DNA of 64,000 nucleotides from Candidatus Dojkabacteria bacterium. GTDB lineage: Bacteria; Patescibacteriota; Dojkabacteria; J137. Shown piece by piece: positions 42,985-51,800 of this stretch. The number at the start of each line of letters is the position of its first letter. Positions within the stretch are counted from its first letter, which is position 1. The notes under the pieces were generated by a model, which was given only the letters and a program-made list of their open reading frames with translations, made no database searches and had not been told where the DNA came from. Location: the NCBI GenBank assembly GCA_040006935.1, contig JBDTVZ010000001.1:103772-167771 (forward strand), given 5' to 3'. Position numbers and translations under genes: made by a program.

Positions 42985-43311
42985 CTACTGCTCGCCGTAA
43001 AACCTTGGGCTGGAATGTTCATATGAAAATGCAATACCTTTTACAAAACTTTTAGGACCAACTTCCGTAATTACTGAAAATCCTGAATTTATAATTATTT
43101 TCTCTATTTCTTTATATTCTGTAATATTATTTTTATACTTCAAGTTGAGATAACTGATCAGGCTGGGATAACCAGTTTGTTCGGGTAAACCTAGATTCTT
43201 AATTAATTGAATAAAAGCAGATTCCTCGATCTCATATGGATCAATATCTGACATATGAACTGCTGTTTCTGGAGTCCCGGTTACTTCTACATCTAGTAGT
43301 TGAACTGCCAT
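42985..43311 (-). CDS. hypothetical protein
   Basis: 108-aa ORF. Confidence 0.35.
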   Translation of the reverse strand: MAVQLLDVEVTGTPETAVHMSDIDPYEIEESAFIQLIKNLGLPEQTGYPSLISYLNLKYKNNITEYKEIEKIIINSGFSVITEVGPKSFVKGIAFSYEHSSPRFYGEQ

Positions 43312-43360
43312 ATTAAATAGGTAAGAAATAAAAAAAGACCCTCGCGGGCCTTTTAATTAA

Positions 43361-43999
43361 TTACTCTTCTGATCCTTCTTCATCATGATCGTGGTCATGC
43401 ATGTCCTCCTCAAATTCCTCCAACTTAGGAGCATAGTCCTTTTGGTATCTTTCAGCACATTCATCTATAATTTTTACTGCTTCCGTAGCATCAAAAAAAC
43501 CTTTCACTATGCAAGTTCCTGGTTTTTTAAGATCTTTATAATGTTCAAAATAATAGCCAACTTCTTTTACCCAATGTCCTCCTAAATCTTCAATTTTCTG
43601 AATATGATCCATTCTTTTATCATCGTTTATTACTGTTACAACTTTATCATCAATTTCTCCTCCATCTTCAAATCTCATAATTCCAATAATTCTTGCTTCT
43701 ACTAACGATCCTGGAATCAATGGCTCTGTAACATTAGCAATTACAAAATCTAATAAATCTCCATCATGATCCCAAGTTTGTGGAATTGCGCCGTACGCAA
43801 CTGGATATGTTAGAGAACTGTATCCAACTCGATCTAACTTAAGTTGTCCGGATTCTGTAATTAATTCATACTTATTTATTGTATTAGAATTAATTTCAAC
43901 AATTCCGTTTATTACTTTTTTATCTTCATCTGTATATGGATCTAATACATGTTGAAGATTAAGCATGTAAATTGATGGTGGTGTTTTAATGTTTGCCAT
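43361..43999 (-). CDS. ppa: inorganic pyrophosphatase (family I) with an acidic/His-rich C-terminal tail
   Basis: 212 aa. PQTWDHDGDLLDFVI and HYKDLK match the Ppa active-site signature. The tail is DMHDHDHDEEGSEE. Confidence 0.9.
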   Translation of the reverse strand: MANIKTPPSIYMLNLQHVLDPYTDEDKKVINGIVEINSNTINKYELITESGQLKLDRVGYSSLTYPVAYGAIPQTWDHDGDLLDFVIANVTEPLIPGSLVEARIIGIMRFEDGGEIDDKVVTVINDDKRMDHIQKIEDLGGHWVKEVGYYFEHYKDLKKPGTCIVKGFFDATEAVKIIDECAERYQKDYAPKLEEFEEDMHDHDHDEEGSEE

Positions 44000-44210
44000 A
44001 GAATTTATTGTTATGAAATAGGTACAGTGAGTTTAACTTATTTTACTTTTACCATCAAGGTCGAATAAAGCTATTTAGTACTTTATATGGCAATTTAGCT
44101 ATCAGACCTGCTATAATATGGTGTTGGTGAAGTTTGGCGACAGACTATGTAGATGAATTTTGACATTATAAAGACAATCCTATAATATTTGTATTAGATT
44201 AAATAAGAAT

Positions 44211-45020
44211 ATGAATGAATCAAATTTAGATTCACAATTAGATATATTCTACGGAAGAGTTTCTTCGCATGTACTTGAAAAGTTGAATAATCTAATAAGA
44301 AATTCCCCCGAAGATGTTAACCTGTCAAGATTCCTTGGTTTGATGGAGAATGACACAAACGCCAGAAGCTATGTGATCAACAACGTTCTAAATAATAACA
44401 CCATTTCCTTTGGAATGAAATCAGATGCAGAATTAAGACAGATGTTAATGAATGCATATGCTGAGCTGAAGATAATTGGTGATACAACCCCAATTAATCT
44501 TACTGACAGTACTCCATCTAGATTAATTGAACCTCAGCAAGATCCTGTGTTGTCATCTATAAGCTATAAGCAACAAGCAGAACTTTTAAAGGGAGTGCTA
44601 GAAACACAAGAAATAAACCTTGTTGGAATAATTAATCAAGGTACAACTAAATACTTAGTCAATCAAATGGTTACTTCATTAGAAGGCAATATAAACCCTG
44701 GAAAAACATCAGTCGAAGATCACACAATTCGAAATACACTTACTAAAATATTTCTAAGTACAACTCAGTTAATTTCTCTCAAAAAAAGATTGAATAAAAA
44801 GGAAGAATATTCAGATTTGATAAATGATGTTGATAATTTTATAAATAAGTATGTAGCAGAAATGAATTCACATTTTCTTGAAGCAGGTACTAGCGAAGAG
44901 TTATCAAGTATATTTAATCATTCTCCACATAAATTTACAGAAAGTTTCAATAGAGTATTGGAGGAAGAAGCTTCTAGAACTTATAGAGAGATTGGTGTAA
45001 AGTTGCCTACATTGAGTTAA
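44211..45020 (+). CDS. hypothetical protein
   Basis: 269-aa soluble ORF. Confidence 0.4.
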   Translation: MNESNLDSQLDIFYGRVSSHVLEKLNNLIRNSPEDVNLSRFLGLMENDTNARSYVINNVLNNNTISFGMKSDAELRQMLMNAYAELKIIGDTTPINLTDSTPSRLIEPQQDPVLSSISYKQQAELLKGVLETQEINLVGIINQGTTKYLVNQMVTSLEGNINPGKTSVEDHTIRNTLTKIFLSTTQLISLKKRLNKKEEYSDLINDVDNFINKYVAEMNSHFLEAGTSEELSSIFNHSPHKFTESFNRVLEEEASRTYREIGVKLPTLS

Positions 45021-45050
45021 GATTAATTTAGTAAATTTTAATTAATACAT

Positions 45051-45890
45051 ATGGATACTCTAAGTGGAAAATTAGAAAATTTAGAGAGTGGGCTTCCAAT
45101 AGAAGTTTATAATAAACTTCTCGAATTATATGAGTACGCAGAATCAAAGAATGATGTTGAGTTACTTCAAATGTTCGATGACGTGCAGAATAAAGAGACA
45201 ATTAGAAAAGTATTTTTTGGATACTTTAAGGATGAAGAATATGCCTGGCTAGCAACAGAACAAGAGCCCCCTCAACTTAAAAAGACTCTAATGATGCTTT
45301 ATGCTCAAGGAAAAACAGCTGTACAAAACGAAACGTATTCTAATGCATTAGCTTCTGTAACCTCCTTAGCTGGCAAAGGTTTTACAATTAGGGCACCTGA
45401 AATTACTGTGGAAATAGAGCAAATGCCTCTAGATGAAAAGGTAAAAGCTATATTATCAAAATTGAATGATAAAATTGAAGATATTAACTTAGGTAACCCT
45501 GAAGACAATATTGCTCAGAGTCTTAACAGAATATTTTCTAAAGGAGAAACAACAGGTACAGGTGGTACTGGAAGAGATAAAATGAGTATTGGTGAGCACA
45601 CTATCACAACAATATTTACAATTCTTTTCTCAAATCCACTCCTCTTGGATGGGTATATGAAAGAACTAGAAGCTCAAGAAAATCCAGAATATGATAATCT
45701 TATTAAAGATTGCAAATCCAGAAGCAAAGAATATGTAAATTTAGTGTGTGGACATTTACAAGGGGCTGTATCAAAGAGTAACTTGGCAGAAGAGATCAGT
45801 ATTGCAGAATTTATCAAGCTTTTCAATAAAGTTTTGGAAAGAGCTCCTGAGTTTGGATATATCGGAGTTGAATTACCAGCCTCTAACTAG
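45051..45890 (+). CDS. hypothetical protein (weak similarity to the upstream ORF)
   Basis: 279 aa. GEHTITTIFTILFSN resembles EDHTIRNTLTKIFLST in ORF 44211-45020. Confidence 0.4.
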   Translation: MDTLSGKLENLESGLPIEVYNKLLELYEYAESKNDVELLQMFDDVQNKETIRKVFFGYFKDEEYAWLATEQEPPQLKKTLMMLYAQGKTAVQNETYSNALASVTSLAGKGFTIRAPEITVEIEQMPLDEKVKAILSKLNDKIEDINLGNPEDNIAQSLNRIFSKGETTGTGGTGRDKMSIGEHTITTIFTILFSNPLLLDGYMKELEAQENPEYDNLIKDCKSRSKEYVNLVCGHLQGAVSKSNLAEEISIAEFIKLFNKVLERAPEFGYIGVELPASN

Positions 45891-45926
45891 TACACCGTCA
45901 GTTAGTTTTCTGCTAATATAGTTGTA

Positions 45927-46793
45927 ATGCCAAGTTACAACTATAAACAAAAATTATACATAGCTCTCGCAATTGGAATTTTCCTAACTATAAACCTAAT
46001 TGGGTTTCTTCTTGCTATTCCAACTTTATTCCCAGGCAAAGTTCAAGGTTCTTTTACAGATAATACTAGCGAGGCTGTATTGATAAATGGTGAGATAACA
46101 AAAAAATTTAATCCTACTGAAAACGAAGAAATCTCTACAAACACGGAGACACTATTTTTAAGAAATGTTAACTTTATTTTTCTTGCACTCCCACAATCTA
46201 AAACATCATTTGGAGATATCGATTCAGCAAATGTCCAATTTGGGGTTGGTTATATTGAAAACTATACTGAATTTGATTTAAGACTCAAAGATTGGTCGAT
46301 TACCTTATCACCATCTTCCAAAGTAATTTTTGATTCCAGTGAAGGAACAATTACAGTTTTAAAAGGAAGTATAAAAATAGCTGGCAAGGAATTCTACGCA
46401 GGCTTTATAGCAAGTTTAAATGACCCTGAACTAAAACCTTCCGTTATAAACAAAGATAATTTATTTAGTACAAACAAAGCAAAAGAAATAAATAAAATTT
46501 TAATAAGCAAAACTATTTTTCTACCTGAAATAAACTTTAATTCAAAACCTTTATTAAATATCGCTGGCAATCAACAAGAGATAATTACAAATGAAAATGT
46601 TTACAGAATTTCCGGAAATACTTCCAAATTAAATTCAGTTTATATTAATAATCAACCAATAGAAGTTAATCAAAATGGAGAATTTAGCAAAGTTCTTCCA
46701 CTTAGTAAAGGAATTAACTATTTTGAAATTACTGTGGTAGACGAACTAGCTAGTACTTACACTAAGAATATTAAAATAATTTTAAATAACTAA
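45927..46793 (+). CDS. hypothetical signal-anchored protein
   Basis: 288 aa with an N-terminal transmembrane segment. Confidence 0.4.
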   Translation: MPSYNYKQKLYIALAIGIFLTINLIGFLLAIPTLFPGKVQGSFTDNTSEAVLINGEITKKFNPTENEEISTNTETLFLRNVNFIFLALPQSKTSFGDIDSANVQFGVGYIENYTEFDLRLKDWSITLSPSSKVIFDSSEGTITVLKGSIKIAGKEFYAGFIASLNDPELKPSVINKDNLFSTNKAKEINKILISKTIFLPEINFNSKPLLNIAGNQQEIITNENVYRISGNTSKLNSVYINNQPIEVNQNGEFSKVLPLSKGINYFEITVVDELASTYTKNIKIILNN

Positions 46794-46795
46794 GT

Positions 46796-47236
46796 ATGGA
46801 ATATCTAATGTTTGCTGGGTTAGTAATTTTTTCCGCATTTATTTGGGCACTATTAGAAGTACAAATAGAAGGGAAAAATGGTTGGGCAGGAGCATTACCT
46901 ACTTGGCGTTATAAAGTGTATATAAAATATATATGGGAACGAGAAATAACAGGTTATCACGTTTACTTAATGACATTCATTGCATTGCTGCTTCACAGCG
47001 TGTTCATTTATATTTCATGGAGTCTCAGATTAGAATTAAAAATAATCGCATTCTTCATAATTTTAGGAGTTATTGAGGACTTCTTGTGGTTTGTATTAAA
47101 TCCAGCTTTTGGGTTAAAAAATTTCAATAGAGAACACGTAGCCTGGCATACAATGTGGTTTCTCAGAATTCCAACATTTTACTGGGCCTTTCTTCCATTG
47201 GGGATTTTGATTTACGCGGTCAGCTTCACTATATAA
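46796..47236 (+). CDS. hypothetical 4-TM membrane protein
   Basis: 146 aa. Begins 2 nt after the upstream stop. Confidence 0.4.
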   Translation: MEYLMFAGLVIFSAFIWALLEVQIEGKNGWAGALPTWRYKVYIKYIWEREITGYHVYLMTFIALLLHSVFIYISWSLRLELKIIAFFIILGVIEDFLWFVLNPAFGLKNFNREHVAWHTMWFLRIPTFYWAFLPLGILIYAVSFTI

Positions 47237-47307
47237 TTAAAAGAATCCGGAGTAACTTCATGCCTTAAATCTACTTAGCTGTTATAATTAATTCGAAATA
47301 AAACAAT

Positions 47308-47347
47308 ATCATCGCGAGGTAAAGCAAGCTTTACCTCGCGATGACAT
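47308..47347. repeat. family A-like perfect palindrome (TCATCGCGAGGTAAAGC-AA-GCTTTACCTCGCGATGA) upstream of ychF
   Basis: 17-bp perfect inverted repeat with a 2-nt spacer. Confidence 0.7.
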
Positions 47348-47363
47348 AATTCTTAATTTATAA

Positions 47364-48437
47364 TTGATGAACCTTAGTCTCGGAATTGTTGGTTTGCCAA
47401 ATGTAGGAAAATCAACATTATTTAATGCATTAACTAAACAAAGCGTTCCTGCAGAGAATTATCCTTTCTGTACAATAGATCCCAACACGGGTATTGTTCC
47501 TGTAGCAGATAAACGAGTAGATCAAATTTCCGCTATTTCTAAGCCAGAAAAAATTATTCCAGCAGTTGTGGAGTTTGTAGATATTGCTGGACTTGTTAAA
47601 GGAGCTGCGAGCGGAGCAGGACTTGGGAATAAATTCTTAAGCCACATTAAAGAGGTCTCTGCTATCGTTCAGGTTGTAAGAGCATTTAATAACTCCAACA
47701 TTACTCATGTTGAGAATTCAGTGGATCCACGAAGAGATATTGAGTTAATCCAAACAGAACTAGCTTTGAAAGACATTGATACCGTAACTACAAGAGTTAC
47801 CTCGATAAGAAGCAGAGCTCGCTTCGACAAATTACTATTAGCTGAACTTGAGCATTTAGAATTATTACAAAAACATTTAGAGGGAGGTAAACTGGCTTTC
47901 GATTTTGAAAAACCAAAAGATGATGAGGTAATAAATGCGAGGAAATCTTTATTTTTACTATCTGATAAACCTGTAATATATCTTGTCAATTCTGAGGATC
48001 CAAAATCTGCAGATTTAATTAAAGATATTGTAGGGAATAAAACAGTTATAGTTATGGACGTAAAAACAGAAAGCGAATTGGCAGCCCTGAATGATGAAGA
48101 TCGAGCTATTTTCATGAAAGAATTTGGATTAGAAGAAACAGGTTTAGATAGATTAACAAATGCTGCATATGACACATTGGGATTAATGTCTTTTTTTACT
48201 GAAGGCCCAGAAGAAGTAAGAGCCTGGACTATTTTAAAAGGTTCTAAAGCACCGGAAGCCGGAGCTGCAATTCATACCGATTTTCAAAAGAAATTTATTG
48301 CCTGTGACGTTTGTTACTATCAAGACTTCCTTGATGCGGGAAGCTGGAACAAAGCGAAAGAATTAGGGAAAGTAGGATTGGAAGGAAAAGAGTATGTAGT
48401 AAGAGATGGAGATATTATGATTTTCCGACATGGTTAA
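47364..48437 (+). CDS. ychF: ribosome-binding ATPase YchF (Obg-family GTPase)
   Basis: 357 aa. GIVGLPNVGKSTLFNALT is the G1 motif. A C-terminal TGS domain is present. Confidence 0.9.
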   Translation: MMNLSLGIVGLPNVGKSTLFNALTKQSVPAENYPFCTIDPNTGIVPVADKRVDQISAISKPEKIIPAVVEFVDIAGLVKGAASGAGLGNKFLSHIKEVSAIVQVVRAFNNSNITHVENSVDPRRDIELIQTELALKDIDTVTTRVTSIRSRARFDKLLLAELEHLELLQKHLEGGKLAFDFEKPKDDEVINARKSLFLLSDKPVIYLVNSEDPKSADLIKDIVGNKTVIVMDVKTESELAALNDEDRAIFMKEFGLEETGLDRLTNAAYDTLGLMSFFTEGPEEVRAWTILKGSKAPEAGAAIHTDFQKKFIACDVCYYQDFLDAGSWNKAKELGKVGLEGKEYVVRDGDIMIFRHG

Positions 48438-48859
48438 TTTTTTGGTGGTTTGGTATAGAATACAAACCTAGTTCCTCCAGAATATTTATACTGCACAAGC
48501 CATTGATCAAAAAGCTGTCTTGAAGAATCATCCTTTAATCCAACAGAAATTATATTAGTACCATCTTCATCAGGCCTCAACAATGCAATGCTAAACTCGA
48601 TACTATCGTATGGAAGATTATCCACTAGCTGCGTGCTATCGCTTTCGTACGTATTTTTATCCGGACTATAATTATCTCCATTTACAGTTTGACCTCTTCC
48701 TGCCCCATTAATACCGTTATTTTGATTATTAGTTGATGGAATAATATAGAAAAGAGTATTAATTACAACTAGAAGAGCAATAAAAAGACCCAGTAAAAGT
48801 AATCTTCTTTTTTTTATTCTTTCCCATAATTTTTTCAGATTTTCTTTTAACTTTTTCAT
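48434..48859 (-). CDS. hypothetical signal-anchored protein, co-transcribed downstream of the giant surface-protein gene
   Basis: 141 aa with a transmembrane anchor. It starts 2 nt after the stop of the 1682-aa gene. Confidence 0.4.
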   Translation of the reverse strand: MKKLKENLKKLWERIKKRRLLLLGLFIALLVVINTLFYIIPSTNNQNNGINGAGRGQTVNGDNYSPDKNTYESDSTQLVDNLPYDSIEFSIALLRPDEDGTNIISVGLKDDSSRQLFDQWLVQYKYSGGTRFVFYTKPPKN

Positions 48860-48860
48860 A

Positions 48861-51800
48861 TTAATAATAAGCTCCTATTTCATTACTAATTCTACAAATA
48901 TTTAAAGGAAAATGTGGATTATTTTGGAAACTTGTACAATTTGGCCTTCCAACTTCCCCCGAATATGTACACATGTAAGGCACAAAATCCGGGAATTCAG
49001 AAATATATGTACTCAAACAATCTATTTGCTCAGAAATATGATTCATCATTGCATTTTGATCGTGTCTATCTAACCCTCCTAGTTCACCAGTTGGCCTTCC
49101 ATCTCTAAAATAAACACAACCTAGTCCCCAATTTCCTACTGCAGAGCCCCCTGTTTCCTCTAGCCATTCAGTAATTACGAATCTTGGATTAATACCTAAC
49201 TGCTTAGCTTTGTTTACAACAAAATTGTAAACTGTTGGATCATTTATAAATGTATAGCTTTGATTACTATCACTATTATAAGCTCTTCCGTAAATATCTA
49301 AGTAAGGTTTTATAGTATTAAAATCTGCATTTTCATTTGCATTTGTTAAAGCAATATCACATCCAATAATACCTTTTCCAGATGGATCACCATGTCCACT
49401 GACTACAGAACCAGTTATAGAACAATTCAAACCAGTAGTTCCACCTGAACCAGTTGGCGAAGAGACCGGAGTAGTACTAGAACCACTGAACAACTGATCC
49501 CCTGTTAATCCTGCAGGTTTACTACAAGCATTATCCTGCAATTTAAATCCTGAATCTGAATTCGTTACACAATATCCAGAATCCGCACCCACAACAGTTC
49601 CATTCGGAATAGGAGAACCATCATCTGCAATTGGTGCTTTTAAATTACAACCAAGTGCCTGTCCATAAAGATAATATGGATCTATATTTTGACCATCTTT
49701 TGTAGCACTTACATGCAAGTGAATATTATTATTGTCGTACGCAAGTCCTGGATATGATTGTTGTGTCGCTATCTCAGTCATAACTTGGCCAACATTCACA
49801 TGATCGCCAACTTGAATCTGCATCTTTGACCTTGCAGTATGCTGGAGCTTATACAGAATTCCAGAATTTCCTAAAAGTTCTATAAACGTTCCTTGGTTTC
49901 CATTGTCCGCTATATTTTGTATAACACCACTTTCCGGAGCGACAACTCGTAAATCTCTCCTAGCCGGATCATCCGACCCACCTACGAAATAGGGATATAA
50001 ATCTGCTGGGAGAGAAGATTCTACACAATGTGTAAAATCACCAGTAGCACCTTGGAAGCATCGGTGTCCTGTTGGTAGTGGGCATGTTGTACCTGAAATA
50101 TTTCCAGCAGGGGTTGTTGTGGGCGTTGAAGTACATTGCCTTTCACAAGCACCTTCAACTGTATAACCTCGTCTACATAGTTCTACTTCGAATTTATTCG
50201 ACTTTCTATTATCAGTGATATCCGTAATGCAATTGTAGTTTTCTCCTGAGACTTTATAATCATAGGGCCATAATTGATTTATAAGATCAGTCACAGATTT
50301 CTCTAAATTATCTCCAGTTAGTTTTGGATCAGTTGATTGTAAATACGTTCTTATGGAATTTTTAATACTATCACTTCCTAAAAGTTGTGTTTTAGTATAT
50401 TTCTTACCAATTTCCATTTGATCGCATGTTAGTAAAGGCAAGCTTGTATATTGACTTGCTAATCCACTTATAACAATCTGCTGTCTTTCACTATTAGGCT
50501 CGCCACCTTGTTGATAAAAAGGATTATTTATTCTTTGTTCTCCCGAAAGTTGGGTATTATTCTGATAAACACTCCAATATTCCTGGAATAAATCTAAATT
50601 CCCCAACCAATCATAATAATAATCAGTCTCCTTTTGAGAAGAAACACCTCTCCCGAGAGTTACTTCGTTATTAAATAAATTAGATTCTGTCACAGTTGCT
50701 GTGGATCTTGGATTATTTTCAATGTCACTTAAATATGTTCTTTCAGGATCAGTAGCTTTGAAATTTGAATCCCTTTGCTCTTGGGACGAATTATTTCCAT
50801 CTCTTAAAATAGAATATCCTTCAACTTTCCAGCCTAAATTATTATTAACTACTAATTTAAGATTTCTACTTTTGATTGAATTGCTCAGCCTTTGATAAGT
50901 TCTATAAAGTGAGTCATATATATTTGGTATATCCATGGCACTTGGCAAAGCTGCAAAACTATTATCATGGTAGTAAATTCTATCGCTTCCTTGTGAGCCA
51001 TATTCAAAACAGCTACTCCTCATTTCCGGTCCTGCATTAGCAAGGAGATACTGATTAAGTTGGCATTTACCATTTTTAATATCACTGTCTGAACATGGTG
51101 CAAATGTTGCACAACTAAATGTTCCTACATTCGTACTCACAACTTCATCAGTTTTAACACTACAATTTATAGATGAGCTGGCAACCAGTTTTGAACCTGG
51201 ATCTACATTCCTTTCAGAATATAACGAACACATATGGCTACTATTTCCCAAACTTACTGTCTGTGTTCCCATCTGAACTTCGGGACCATAAATGTAATCG
51301 TCTGAATTTTTAAGATATTTCAAATCAGAATTAGCTTCCGGGACATCGATATAATCTTGTGGAGTAGAGAATGGATTATAATCTCTCACAATCTTCACTT
51401 CATTCACAGGACATTTATCTACAATCTGCCCTCTAAAAAATAAAGTTCTTTCATCAGGAATATATTCTTTCCCATCTCTTTCCAGAGCATAACATGTTGA
51501 GCTATCATCTTCTCGAGCAACATTTTGTTTAAGTAAATCTCCTTGAATATCGGTATCCGTATTTTTTATAACAGTCCCAGGATTTATATATGCTTGTAAA
51601 GCAGGTATATTAGAAAAATCGGTAGAATATTTTATCAATTCACTCGAACAATTTATTGCAGAACCAAGCCAAGGCATTGGGTAGTCTCCAATTTTCCCTG
51701 CAAATTGATTCAGGGGATCATAAACGTCATTATTCATCATGGAAGCTACGTTTGCACAAATCGGAACAAAGTTTTTAGTTTCTGTTCCAAAGCTAGAATT

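Noticed and set aside
47705-48175. 156-aa minus-strand ORF inside ychF
   Set aside because: Antisense to a highly conserved GTPase gene.
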